From Takakia lepidozioides (lineage: Eukaryota; Plantae; Bryophyta), in NCBI GenBank assembly GCA_030704615.1, contig CM060732.1, forward strand, positions 74,648,001 to 74,712,000: 64,000 bases of DNA, given 5' to 3'. A program made the position numbers and the translations under genes. Each line of letters opens with the position of its first letter. Position 1 is the first letter of the stretch. Positions 50,275 to 64,000 of this stretch are shown in pieces. The notes below the pieces were generated by a model. That model made no database searches. It saw only the letters and a list, made by a program, of their open reading frames with translations, and had not been told where the DNA came from.

Positions 50275-52872
50275 GCTCAGGGGGACTAGATAGCCAGCTC
50301 TGAAGTGGGGAGCACTGTCCTTTGTACATCAAAGTGAGGAAGCCTTTACTCCCATGAGTCTCTCGCCTCTGCCGAAGGGGACGAGAGAGAGAAGCAGCAG
50401 GGTCAGGCAGACGTTTAAGGGCAAAAACCTGGCACAAATTGGAAGCTGGGTGGAGAGGATATGGGCAGGTGGCAACTTGTACTTTAGTACACAGTGCATC
50501 AGTTCTTTAGGAAATAGTTCAATAGGTGTACCCATATGCATTTCGAATGGAGGATATCATCGACGGCATCTTATCGGATGTCGGTAAGTAATCTTTTTCC
50601 CATGTGAGGCCATGGTTGGGGAACTTTGAAACTGGGTGATTATGTCAACCTTTCACTTCAGGGCCTGTGGTCCCTCAGGAGATTCAACAATAAGATATAT
50701 ATCATATTTGCAAGAGCAAAGGAGCTGTCTATGCTGCAGTTTGGTACCTGTTTGGAACCGTAGTATTGTGAACTGCCTGTTATCACCATTTGTTTGCTTT
50801 AATCCACTCCCATTTCTGGCTTGAGACGAATGTGCCTCACACGCATACCTGCCAAGCAATGGCCCTGCCAAGCAATGGCCTTCCACATCTCACAGGGTGG
50901 AGAGGGCTTACTTGCCTTAGTTGCATCCTAGTTTGGTCAGTGCAGGGTTTTAGTTAAATCACCAGTGATGTATGAGGGTGTTGCAGTCCAAATTGAAGGG
51001 TGCACAATTACATGAAGAACTAACGGGTGCTTTATACTACCAAGATTTATGCCTGATTTTGGGTTGAATGCCACTATTGGCTGAAACAGGCTACACTAGT
51101 TGAAATAGGGCAGAGTTTCAGTTGAAGTTGGCATCCAGGGGGTGCACTGGAATCCAAAGCAGCACAGGCACTTGCCAAGTTGTAGGAAGTGCTCTGGAGC
51201 AGTTCCAACATCTTGGGCAAGTGCCTGATCTGCTACCAGCCAACCAGAGCACAGGAAGAAGTGTGATGCAGTCAATGCACCTGCTAATTACACTGTTAAT
51301 GTAGTTGATACAAGAAGAGTAACCAGGAGAGTCACGTGTGAACAGCATATGTTTCAGGCAAAACCTACTTTACATTGCAAAATTTGGATGTCCCGTTGCT
51401 TCATGCCACATCATGTCCAAGAGGTCAGCCTGATTTGTATCAGGCGGGCGCTGCTGGGATCAAGTGTAAAGAGGCCCTAAGTAGGTCGGGGGTTGGGCAA
51501 TGCAAAACCAAAGAGGATTAGGGGAGGCCGTCCTTCCATTCCGAGAACAATATATCAAGCTCTATTTTCAGAACACTTGCACCTAGTCCATGATGCCAGA
51601 GGGAGCCATTGCAGGCTGAGATCATGACACTTCCAAGGCTGGGAAGGCCAATTCATACCTTGTTTACAAGGTTTAGGAGGGTGTCAGACCCCATATTCCT
51701 GTTACAAGCTCTGCCTTGGCCACATATCCAGTTCATATCAGCCACTCATCTGTCCACTAATTGCCATGCCAGCATACACTCCAGTGGATTGTTCTCAATG
51801 CAAACATGAATGTGGTTGAACTGGGGAGTCTGAATTTCATTCCGCACTCCACAATTCAACTAACTATTTGTGTAAATCCTCTATGAGAATACTCTACAGC
51901 TAGGGACCACAAACAGAAGGTAGGATGATGGCACAATGGCTCTTTTCTTTTGTAGGTAACTACACCAATTTGAACTGCCTATATCTACAGCTAGTTGTCC
52001 AGCTGAACATTTAGCAGCTCAAACCTAAGGTAGTTTGATGCTTTCTAAACAAGATGGTTCCCATAACATTTCAGAAAAATGTAGAACTTGTACTAACCGT
52101 GGGCATAGTCTTTGGACGAAAGACAGTCAAAACCATCGCACAGTTTAGGCTTACTTAGGTCTACCTCCCAAAATGTCCTCAGTGTGATCTTGATCTTGCC
52201 ACGGCCCCTTCCAAGCAGAGAGAGTAAGCTTTCCCTGTTTGGTAAGAATAATCAAGTGTTTGTTTGATCAATTCTATGTGGGTTACAAATTCTACCTTGA
52301 TCCATACAGAGCTGTAAAACATGAATGAAGGACGTCGGCGTGGAGTATCTCCAGTTCCTAATTCTCCATAGGTAAATACAGTGTGGTAGCTATGATTGTC
52401 CAGACTTAACCCTCACATCGAACTGTAGATACGATCTCAACAGAAGAAAATTACACAGTTCGCCGGTAATGTGTTGGAAACTATTCTCTTGTGAGACTGG
52501 TGCAATGGTTCGACTGTGCCGCTTTGACTGTGGAGGGAGCACTGACACGTCTCTTTCACCTTACGCACCACCCCCAATGTAGGATGAGGTACTGTTTCTA
52601 CACCTTACTGGTTACTCAGTTGATTGGGACTGTGGAGATTGGTGCACAAACCATCCTACCCACACTGGTATCTGCAAAACTCAACGCTTGAGTTGGTGAG
52701 GCAACTTTCCTCGCTACATGTGTGCCTGCTGTCCTGTGGAGTCTCTGGGTGATGGGCGTTTTCTATGTGTTACATTTGCATATTCCTTGTTCAGCTTGAA
52801 AGTGATATCAGCACCATGTTTGGAAAAGTAAACGAGGACAAAGATTTTATTGCAACTCGCATAGCTGGAAAG

Positions 52873-55714
52873 CTATGATCCGTATAAAGACTGATATAGA
52901 TGGCGAGTCCGGGCAATCAAAACAACATTAAGTGCGATACCCACAAGGCACACCCCAGTCATGATAATGAAGGTCAGTCGAAAACAGTGTGCTCCAATAC
53001 ACTCTGGTTCGTACAATGCCTTGATGGCTCGTAAGTCTGCAAGAGCATTCACACTATTACCAGTTTCATAATCATATAGAGTGCCAGCAATGATGCCTGA
53101 GAACAAGAGGGAGCCCAGTGGGCTAGCTATGAACATTGTGTTGTAAACCATGCCCAGGTGTTTAAGGCCAAACAGCTCTGATGATGTAGGTATCATTATG
53201 CTGGTGTGAACTCCAAAAGAAACCCCCAATAGGATGGAAGCCATGTATAGAGATCCTGGCATGGCTGTTGCAAACAAAAGGTGAGCCACCATCATAATGG
53301 CTTGTGCACATGCCATCCACACAGGTCTTGGAAGGGCTGCCAACCTGCAAATGAACACCAGTCAGCAGCAGTTGGGCTTGCCTACAAAGTACTGCATTAT
53401 TGGCTTTTGATGGAGAGAGAGAGAGAGAGCTGTGCAAAAGCAAACTTCAAGGAGTGAGATCTGTTATTACCTGACATAATAGTCTGATATAGCACCACCT
53501 CCAAGACGACCCACAGAGTTCCAAATGCTGATCAGTGACACAAAGATGCTAACATTGGTGTATCCTTGAGCCTCCCCAAGCTGGCCAAGATTGTTGATGG
53601 CTGTTATTGCCGATCCCATACCACAAAAGAAAGTGAAAAATAGCAGCCAGAAATCTACTTTCAACACTGCCTGCCTAAGTGTGAGGTCCTCTCTTTCGCC
53701 GGGACCCTTTCTTCTATCCACCTCCTGTACGGTTGTTGCAAGGCAATTTACCAACTCAGCTGACGGGGCTGACGATGCACTCATTCTAAATTCATCTAGC
53801 TCCGGTTTCTCCCTTGAATTTGTGCTCCTGATGGTGCAATCTTGAAAGGATGCTTCCTGAGCTGAGACACCATCATTTCCTGCCAAAAGCTGCTCTTGTG
53901 TTCCATGGTCATCTCCCACAAAAGCGTCCTTTATGGATGTATGTCTTTCACATGTCAAATTACCACCTCCTGAGCAGATTAGAGGGATGCCAAGAGGTGC
54001 TGCAAGAAAGAGAAGCATCCCGCCTGCGAAAAGTTGGGTACCTAGAGTCTTGAGAGAACCAAGACCATCTAAGAGAGTTGCAGCCAACAAGTAGAGTGTG
54101 AATGCTGCAAATACAGACTGAATCCATGTAAAACTAGGTTGCTCTTTCAAGTCCTCGTTTAGAACTGCTGGGGGAACTGTTCGAATGAATGGAACTGCCA
54201 GCATGCAGACAATGGATGGACCCAGGGCTACCAGCAGCAGAAAAGATGCTGCATTGTTCTGGAAGAGGGCGTTGTAGAGCAAAGCAAATATCGCGCTACT
54301 CAAGCCATAGCTTCCCTTTAAAAGGCCTGTCACTGTGCCTCGACGGTGTGGGAAGTTGCGTATGCAAGTTACCAAACATGCTGTGTCTAGCCATGTGGAA
54401 CTGTTGGCCCCCACCGCCAACAGTACACACATCTGTTGTGCCATGGCCACCACCAATGTCTGTCACATTCTCTTCGTAAACAAAGAAGCAGATGCATAGT
54501 GTCATCTCTATCTACCTTCTGGTCCTATCCTCTTGTTCCTTCCTACAAACATCTTTCAATCAAAATCCACACTGGCTCTATGAAGCAATATACATTGCCT
54601 GAAATCTTGTAACTGTAGATGAATCAAAACAGTCAGAAATTCTTGCTGTAGGTTGGGCAGCAAAGTGGTGCGCAATTCATGATGAATTGACCCCTTTGGG
54701 AGCCAGGGTAAACCGGACCCAATGTATCTGCAGTTGGTCCAATAACCACTCTTTTTGTGTCCCTCTGATGTCCCAAAACTAGTGGGACAGGAAGTCCAAT
54801 GATATCGAATGTTTCCAGCCTACGTTGTGGCCTTTCTTGTTACAGTGTCCCACAGAGCCCGCCACGACAGGAGGCAGTACTCACTTTGGCTGTAGTCTTC
54901 TCTTTCACTACAGGTTTACTGCCACCCACAGCCACAGGTGCCCTGTCTGTGTTAAGGTCGGGGCCTTAAGTAGCCAACATCACGTCCCTACCCTACACAC
55001 AATCTCAATGCTGTGTACCAGCACAAGCATCTTCTGGGATAAGATGATGAACCTGTGCAGATCCTGTAATGGGCTTGGAAAGTCCTTATCCAACATGTAT
55101 ATAACAAGAATCGCCAACCAACGAAAGGTGCACCCACTGACTCTCCTCCTAGAAGAGTGCTAACCAGTGCCCCACAAAATTTGGCATATCCAAGAGCCAT
55201 CTAAAAACAAACCAAAGCTTCCCCTGCTTATCTCCATGGCCCGTCTGTTTGTTAGCGGCGGATATCGACAGGCAACAATGGTTGCTACTTCAGCTCAACC
55301 CAGACACTATCTAGACAATCAAAAACTGAAGTGCGAGTGAGAAATTGGGCAGGTGTATGAGGGTGCTGTTCCTATCCTCTTATCCTAAATTTTTCATACC
55401 TGCCAGTACGGCAAAGGAGCAATTCTCTCGCTCAACACAAGCCACACAACGCCATAGCCCACAAAGCTCTCAAGGGCACCAATGGCAAGAATTCCCCAGA
55501 TTGGCATTGTGTTCGACACCAGACCTGCCAAAAGGCCTACGTTGTCACCCACATCTTTGGCAAATCCCAGAGTGTTGAGCTGTGCCTGATCGTAGCCCAG
55601 AACCTCCTTCAGTGTGGGCGAGTAAACTCCAAAGGTGTAGCCGTTCCCTGCAGTGGTCTCCACCCAGCTCGATGCCACCACTCCTATCCATCTGCTATTT
55701 CGTAACGTACCCAT
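52873..55714 (-). CDS. Nodulin-like MFS transporter, NFD4-like (paralogue 2); exons 55714-55400, 54432-53471, 53344-52873
   Basis: Same motifs and same two intron positions as paralogue 1 (YWQ|MC and YYVR|). Confidence 0.94.
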
Positions 55715-57584
55715 CACCACCTGCGCACCTCTCTTGCAATTTCCTCCCAAAGCACTGGATACCGAGGCGGCTTTGAAGGGGTCTTCTCGATTACCCAGCC
55801 ACACCTTGCGAAACAGATCGAACCCAACAACCTTCTATCTGAAATAGAAAATCTTTGTGCGCTGCCTTCACTACTGTTATATTAACTTGTCCTGTGCAGA
55901 ATTGTTTAAAAGATCATTCTTCTTGCAATTGTTTTTTTCTTCCTATGGATTACAAGAATCCCCCACAGGATGTATGTCTGGAAACTGCCTAGTTGAGCTC
56001 GGTGGGGCTGTGCAGTACAGAAGGGGACAAAGTAATCTCTCTACTTGCGAGCGCTGCAATGGGCTTCCGGAGCAACCAGAGACAGATACTGAGAAACTGC
56101 AGGATATGCATATGCACATTGAAATGAGAGACAGGCATGATTCGTATCAGTTCCGCAGATGTGCCTCGCTTGTTTGACAAGTTTGTTCAAAGCAGATAGC
56201 ACCATGACACACAAAACTTTGGGGCACGGGTTAGGGGCCCCTTGCAATATCCAGACAATTTGTGGAGGTACTGCCCTTACATCTCTCTGGAGATGTCACA
56301 ACAGTTTCTTGTTGCCTTTCAGAAAGTAGAAGAGTGTTTCCAGTGCCTACTTGAATTGTATCCTGCACTAACTTAGCAAGAACGGTTAGCACTTAAGCTG
56401 CACAGACATCTTAGTGCTATCCTTGGATTGATCATCAGGTCTGACTTTCCCATTTGATGAAACCCCGTAAGATTTTATTTACAACATGTACAATGGGTGA
56501 GCGTACATAGGATGAGAAGTTCCCAAAAAGGGGGGGGAAGGAACAAGGAACAAGAGAAGAAAACAAAAAGCTATAGTAAGCTACTCAGCTAGAGAAGACT
56601 CAACCAGAGAAGAACCAGTCCATTTGGCATGTACTGTGGCATGTACTGTGTTGTAATTACAGCACTTCTTTCTGTCTGCATGGTTTAGTATTAGATTTTG
56701 TGGGAGAGATATGTTCCCCGGCATGTTGATTGCTTGGCTCATGCAGGTGGACAGGATGAAGGGGTCCAAATCAGCTTACTACAGATGTGGAAATGAGGGT
56801 CATTTGGATTTGGAGTCTGGAAACTGAATGCAGCCTTTCCCAGACAATTCTGGGGAGCATAACTGTCTTAGCAGCTTTCAGAGTATTCCATGAAATGCAG
56901 GAGTTAAGATTGAAACCAAATGTGGTGAAATTTTGGGCCATACCCAATGCCTGAAATTGAGCGCACTCAGAAGGCCTGTGATTGCGGTTTTGGCTTTCCA
57001 GCAAGTCACTGTAAACATCTCCGCCACACTTCACAGGGCTGCAAAGACTAGAGTGTGCGTGGGTCACTTGAACAGACTCTAAAGAACACCGTGCTAGAGA
57101 CTTTGAAAATACACAAATCTTTTCCAGGACAGTTTAACCCAGCCTTCACAGATGCTCTTAATTATGCACTAGCAGTGAATAGTTTTCTTTCAGTCTCAGA
57201 GTCACTAGATGATGCAGCATGCAGATGATATATGTCACTTCCAATCCGTTGAAGCTCATAATAGCAGTGGACATTGCACAGATGTCTCGTTCCTGCATGT
57301 TAACACCACCTCACATCCCCAACTATGTACCAATGGTCCGCTGATAGATTGCGTCGGACGTGCTCATTGCTCTTGCCTATTTCTCTATCCCTATTTAGCT
57401 TCTACTCCGTCTATAAAACGTAGGTTTGAAACGTATCAGCCTCGACATCAGAGCATCTTCAGACGTTGATGCATAGAGTGAATGTTATGTGCAGGCATGA
57501 AAGCGAGCCAGTAATCGTGAGAAATTTCAAACACTTTTATCAAAGGATTGTCTAGTGTATGGTTGGAGGGAGGAGACTGGCAGT

Positions 57585-58147
57585 TCACACCTTCAACGGC
57601 GTCTCCTGCTGCATCTGAGGTAAATTGGGAGGAGGGGTTTTAAGCTGATGCTGTTGCAAAGGCAAAACTGATTCCTGGCTCTCTCTTACCGCCTGGCTGG
57701 TTGCATCCTCTTGCACCATCTTCACAAGCTCTCGCTGCAAACGCATCAACTCGTCCTCAGCCCTCCGGAGTTTCCTCCACGTCCATGCTCCATAAATTCC
57801 CAATCCTCCTGCACTTTACACCTCTTCCTCAGAGTATGAACCCATCGCATACATGAAACCCCCCTCCTCGAAGGATTTGTGACTAAAAAACAGGTTAATA
57901 GATGATCAAACGTCAGAAGAGGATGTAGGTCTTGGTATGTTTCTCACTAAAGAGCGTCAAACACAGAGAGACAGAGAGACTCACCATACACTACGATGTA
58001 GGAGGCCCACACATACGGATATGCGTGCATATGATCTACCGTTCTCTGCCATTGCTGCTTACAAGCATCCACGAAACCAATCTGCCGATTTGGCTCCGCG
58101 AAACCGGAAGATGGCTGGCCCTCCCTCTTCTCCTCTTCCATAGCCAT
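57585..58147 (-). CDS. Small single-pass membrane protein with coiled coil, function unknown; exons 58147-57985 and 57808-57585
   Basis: Spliced AYPYVWASYIVVYGGLGIYGAWTWRKLRRAEDELMRLQREL; phase-1 GT-AG intron keeps frame; resembles a conserved plant protein family from memory. Confidence 0.8.
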
Positions 58148-58796
58148 TTTCACCGAATAAGCGCTTGCGAAACAGTCTCACGTCCGTACTTTTGAGATTC
58201 TTTCAGGGGCTCTAGCTGGATTACGGGAAGAGGGATGCATCGACTTACACCGGACGGCTGAGAAAGAGAAAATTCGATAGCTAGGCGCAAGTAGAAGACT
58301 TGAAATCTACATAATGCTCTAAATCTATCTTGCAGAATAGGAGAAATCTACACGAGACCATATCTTGTGTAGCATGTAATTTGTGTTGTGCTTCCACAGC
58401 ATGCGTCTTCCAGTGGATCATCCGGTGCCTCACGTGATACACTCCGCATTTAATTTTCATTCTGCATGTTTAGAACATCCGAGGAAGCTTCGCACAATGG
58501 GTTCCGAACATTGTTGTGAAGGAATCTGTAGATTGACATCAATGTTCTACTGTGTAGTATTTCTAGCGGAGAAACTGGGAGTTGCAGCAACCGATATTGG
58601 TGGAATCTTTCGAGGAAGCACTAGAAGGCTCAGCATTTTGCAGGATGAGGCCTGGAGATGTATGATGAACACAGAGAGCATTCTATAATATACATAGAGT
58701 ACTTCATTCAAAACAAAGCTTGAGATTTGCCAAGGGAAAATACTCAGTCGAATCAATCAAGTTTTTTGAAAAGTACAATTTTATAGATCAATTTGC

Positions 58797-61700
58797 TTAG
58801 GTGGTGCCCTCATAAGAGTCCTCCTCTTGCACATAGAGGCTGGCTTGAGGGTGCAGGCCTGCACTCTTCAATGTGAGGTTCAATTTGTCAGGACCATACA
58901 CTACGAGAGGGAAGTGGGAGACCAAGCTGTATTTGGCAGTATGGAAGTCCCCTAATGAATCCACGAAGTCATAGATTGCCTGCACCTTTGCACGACTCTC
59001 AAATCTGTGCTCCTTGCGCTCTCCAGTTGGCAACCGCACCATTACCTGAGAGAATCAAAATGAAAGAAAACATTTCATGGAACATTTTAGAGAAGTTTCT
59101 CCTTTGGAAAACATTTTCACTGCACCCATGTTCCTACTGTTCTTACTGTGCATCTCACAGTATAGAAGGAAGCCAACTAATAAGCAGACACCCAAATGTA
59201 CATAACAAAAGCAGCTTACTGCATCAAGAATGTGTGCACTTACGCGCGTCACCTCCTGCCCTTCCTCAGGTTCGGCAACAAGTGCCATGGCTTTATCACG
59301 CCGGTGCTCAAGGGTTAACCCCCTCTCTGCAGCCCGAGCTGCTCTTGCCTCAGTCACACTCCTTCCAAGTTCTAATTCGGCCACCTCTCTGGCTTCCTCT
59401 TCTTGTTGTTCCAGTTCTCTCTGCCCCCTCTAAAGTAAGCATGTCAATCATACAGCTAAGTCAGGCAAACCCAAAACGCCACATTGTTGGTCATCTACAT
59501 CCGATGGTCCCTAAAGTAACACTCTTTTGGTAATCAGGATACTAAATTCTTCTTCCTGTCTCCAAAGACCTCCATGTGTACATGCCAGGAGACAGCATAT
59601 GAAGAAAACAACACTTGCCTGTGCGAATGCGAGTCAGAGAGAGAGAATAAGGAAACAAAAAGAGTTTATCAAATCTGTAGGGAGAGACCCCAGGGCCGGA
59701 CAGGGTGAGAGGGGTTAAAAGCTACCTTCTCCATTTGGAGAGCAAGTTGGTCAGCAACATCTTGCTCATCATGAAGGTGGTGATTTAGCTTGTGCTCCTC
59801 TTCCTCAACATTGGTGGCTACCAGTGCTGCACCTTGCTCCTTGACCACTGTCTGTAGTATGTGCGTTAGCTCTGCTGCTGACCTAGGACCCTCCACCTGT
59901 GACAATTTCCTCAAATCAATACATATCAATCGTTGTGAATCCAGGATAATCAAACCCTCACAAAAACATCCAACGCCATAAGAGCAACCCATGACATCAC
60001 AGGAAAGAATGTTTCCATCGCATTGTCATCTGGAAAGTTTACGAGTTCTTTACAGGATGAGAGTAGTGACACAACCAGGCATCTCCAGTTTAGCTCATAT
60101 GCACTGTACATGTTATCCTCCACATTACTGCAGTGATGGTAAAGACTGAAATTCCTAGAGGCCGTTGATCCATCCGAAGCTCTAGTAAATTGTAAGAACA
60201 CTCATTACACCAGCATAGTTAAGGCTGTAAAAACATTATCAAGGGAAGAGGCCCAATAGCATTCTCAAGCACCAGCTTACAGGATAGAGACACAGCTGGA
60301 AACTTGTTATATGCAGGGGGCAACGCCACCCCATCTGAGATGTCTTCTCAAGCAACAGAGAGAAAATGAAAATGTATTGTAAAAAAGATGAGGGTGCAGA
60401 GGTGCCGACAGGCCACTGCACAAAAGATCAAAGATGTGCATAAGGTGGAACACTACCAAAAACATCCAAAAAAGTATAAATTGCCAAGCAAACGTTCATG
60501 TTCAACCCTAACTTCAAACCCCTTCATAGACAGGAGATAGGCACCATCCTGCCACTTGATGTGGCTCAGCTAATTTGTGGAATTGACAATATTGTCCTTC
60601 AAAAACGTAGCTCCAGAAAGCTGGGCTTGATAGATGCTCACAGCAACCTCATTTAAATACAGATCACGACATCTACAACTCTTTGTTTGGAGTATGACTT
60701 CCGAAAGGTTAAGCCACATGGTATTCATTCAACCTGAGGTGTGATCAATGGGATCCACCCTGCCAATGACTGGTATGCACAATCCGCATTGTCAAAGCAA
60801 TGCTCATACGCCCATGAGAGAGGGAAATTAAAGTAGCAAGCAAGAGCAGGCATCAATCAGCACTTGGTAAACAAATTCATTCCTTCAAGCAAATTCCAGT
60901 AATACAGCCGTGCCTCTGTGACCCTGGTCGCAACTTTCAAGTTGGACTGAAAGAAAACCTTTGATCAGAAGAGGATTGGCAGATCCAGGCTCAGTGGGCT
61001 GTGAACCAGGCTGAGCTAAAGACTCTTGTCGAGGCTGCCAACAGATAATGCACGCTCCCCTCTCCCCCCTGAAAAGACAAAGACCCCGAGCCACTGCACC
61101 CACACTTGGTCTCCCACTCTCATTCACGTCTACAACACTAACGGGAGTGACCTAAAAAGAGAACACGCAACCCTGCAACCACACATACCAATCACCTGAT
61201 GACAATACATGCACTACCTAAGCAGATAATTCCAAGGAAAGTATTAAGATTTTACGAAGTTGTCAAAGTACACAACCGATGTACAAGAGAAGAAAAAAAA
61301 CACTTCATTGATTTGTCACATTGATGTGGCCATGGTTTGCTCAAGGTAGTGGATCTATCTGGGTAGCATGTGAAGAATCCAAATCCCAGCCCACGTGTGG
61401 GCGGAGAGGGAGATAATTTGAACAAAACTTGGTTGTATACCTGCTGGAGGACCAGAATGCGATGGTTGGAGGATTCCGTGACAACAGCACAGAACGGGAA
61501 GGTGGATGCCCTGAAGTTGTTGCTCAATTCAAACCCTTCACTGGCCCGCACATCACCTCCCCATGCCACAAAGTTCTCATCCACAAACTGCACCACTGAC
61601 TCTGCACATAGAATCCTCTCACAGAACGAGGGCGTATTTGCATGCTCTGAAGAGTGCAGATACACAAACAGAAACTTGGACTGCTGGTATGCCCGCCGCA

Positions 61701-62412
61701 ATGCTTCCCTGAAACTAATCAGTTGGAACGCCGGGTGATGTTCCCCATACTCTTTCTCAAACCTCCTCAAGAAAGTGGCAGCTTCAGATACTGGAAGCAC
61801 CGCATGGCTTTCCTCTCTTCTACCTGCTCCCGACCATCCGAATGCTCCTAACGAGTAGTTCAGAACCGCCCCCGCCATCCGCATTCCAAAACTTACAGCC
61901 CCGCACACCAGATTGTAACTTTCCACAACGATAGAGAAAGGAAGGGTCACGATCCTCCCCACAACACTACGGCCTGGGGCATCGCTATCGACCACTGAAT
62001 TGTTTCCACAAGCATCTACGTATCCCTCGGCCCTCCCAAATCTTCGATTACGCTCCCTGCACCCGTCACGGTAGTAGCGCCGATCACTCACCCCCCTTCT
62101 TGCAGACCTTTCTTCAAAATATGATGGGCTTGCAGATGCTAACCCCGCTTCCTGCTCCAAAGCACAGCCACGCTCATCACCGCTCACTTCCCACTGCCTC
62201 CCATTGGCTGCAGCTTCAGCATCCAACTTCAAGCCAGCTTCATACTCCGGAATCTCCTGCGAAGCCTTGTCAATCATCGCATTGACTGCCGCATCTAGAT
62301 CCCACCCATACGCTTCCAACATCTGCTGCGAGAGCAATCCATCCCGCACCCCAGTCACATCCTGAAAGTAGGAACTCTTCTCCTCGTCAATCTCCCCCAG
62401 ATGACCTGCCAT
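58797..62412 (-). CDS. Plant UBX domain protein, PUX10/FAF2-like (UBA-like, hydrophobic hairpin, UAS, coiled coil, UBX); exons 62412-61441, 59896-59726, 59429-59244, 59045-58797
   Basis: YFQDVTG...LEAYGWDLDAAV, KFLFVYLHSSEH.NTPSFC, NFVAWGGDVRASEG, ASTFPFCAVV, VRLPTGERKEHRF...GLHPQASLYV; three phase-0 introns keep frame. Confidence 0.9.
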
Positions 62413-64000
62413 CTCCCCGCTCTCTTCTCACCCCCTCATCCACTACTACTTTCTTATCTTCCCCTCTCCAACACAAAATCCCCTCTTCTTCCACCTCCCT
62501 TTTCTCACAAATCTGCACCGCAATTCCTTCTCAATCTTCTCTGTTTCTCTGTCTCTCTCTGTCTCGCACAAATCGAGCTCAGAACTCAGAACTCTCGCAG
62601 TCCGCCCCACAGTCTCTTCACACACTCTCTTCTCTGCAACTGCGGACGTTATATCAAGCAGCTTAATACAACGTGTCACTCATCCAGTGGGTGCACGTCT
62701 CAGATCCACGTGGCAGATTTTAAGCGTCTGCTTTAGCTTGAATCGAGAAGCTTCGGACCAGAAGTCTGACGAACCAAAGACCGGGCCTAAAAGAGTGTGT
62801 TTGGGAGCCACTCCGATAGCCTTGGTTATAGCTTTGGAGAGTCGCCATACCTCGGCTCCTAGTTTGGGTTTGTCTCGAACCTGATCCCAGACCTAAGAAG
62901 GAGCAGGTGACATCGCATCCGAGGGAGATACATCGCGAAGGTTTGAAGAGAGAGAGTGAGGAGACGTTGAATTCGTGTTGAAAAGTCAAGATTTTTACGC
63001 GCGATTGTGACTGGGATTGTGCGCGCAGGTGGCGCTTGGGATTCGTGCATATACCCACATCTTGAAAGCGCCAGGTGGGCTCCAAATGTTGTGCTTAATC
63101 CGTGCTTGCAACGTTCTTGACCCCCCATTTTCTGAATCTTAGTACGAGAACTTTGGAATCACGAGTGACTGTTTTGGAAGTAGATTAAAGATGACAAGTG
63201 TACCGACTTTGGAGTCTAATTATTAGTGTCAGAGTGCTGGGATCTCTCTACCTGCAGCCTTGTTTTGTGGGAGTGACAGCAATTGCCTGCTTCGTTTTAG
63301 CTTGCCGGATTGGATGGGGTGATGTCGCCGGTATTCGGCTTTCGGAAGATGTGGAGTTGAAGGAATTCTGAATTCGAAGAAACTTTCTTCTTCATGGGGA
63401 CATTGTATACGTAGTCGACGGCAGGCTAGCAAGCAATCTCAGCGATGGGAGTTGCGAATCCCTGGTGGGTTGGTTGGTCTGCTTGATCGTTTGGACACCA
63501 TGTGTTCCATGGTCGCTGACTCATTTGTCAGTGCACCCAGAATGTACTGACACGCGCTCTGTGGAGTTTTGTAAATAAGTCTCGGGACGTTTTTCTTATT
63601 GCCTTCTGCTGCAGCTTGTTTATGCAGGGAGTGCATGGGGGGCGGATCTTCTTTGATGAGGAAATCACTTTCCTGCCTTTGTTAATGTTCAGGCTCAAGC
63701 CGTTTGCCTCAACAACCTACAACGTACATTACCTCGGGGGGTGTTGATCATATCTCTCGATGAGGGAGAGGTTCGCTTTCAACAAACTGCACTGAATGAC
63801 TCAAATGGAATTGGGAGTGAAACGTTCGACAAGGAGAAATTCCTAGAGCAGTGGACGAACTAGCCAGTGAGTGATCCAAGAGGTCGAGAAATCGACTGGA
63901 CAGAGTGACAGGCAAAAAATATTTAGTTGTTGAACAAGGTTCTGGGGCTTTGTTGATTAAGTAGGAGAGTCTCAGGAAGGGGAAGTGGAAACCAATAGCT

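Noticed and set aside
62700-64000. Short ORFs at the window end
   Set aside because: No recognisable domain or consistent splice model

Overview
Eukaryotic, intron-containing land-plant DNA; the transposon repertoire suggests a non-seed plant, but that is inference. The first ~38 kb is a nest of transposable elements. (1) A Ty3/Gypsy chromovirus is split inside its integrase by a complete 12-kb CACTA element (1275-13332, TIRs plus AAA TSD). (2) It is followed by a solo LTR, a complete pogo/Fot1-type element (17274-21032), PIF/Harbinger and L1 remnants, and a hAT MITE. (3) After a purine-permease gene, a two-ORF LINE is interrupted by a Ty1/Copia element that carries two inversion-plus-deletion rearrangements. 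The last ~26 kb is gene-dense: two NFD4-like MFS paralogues, a bacterial-type CAAX/CPBP membrane protease homologue, an ankyrin protein, an RBM7-like RRM protein, a small membrane protein and a PUX10-like UBX protein. The most striking observation is that the CACTA's second (TnpA-like) gene splices in frame through an FCP1/NIF-type HAD phosphatase domain; the same element carries a third, unrecognised passenger gene with a duplicated domain. Next is the CAAX gene, which resembles the bacterial exosortase/PEP-CTERM-associated family and has altered catalytic residues. Family names come from motif recognition only; no database searches were run.
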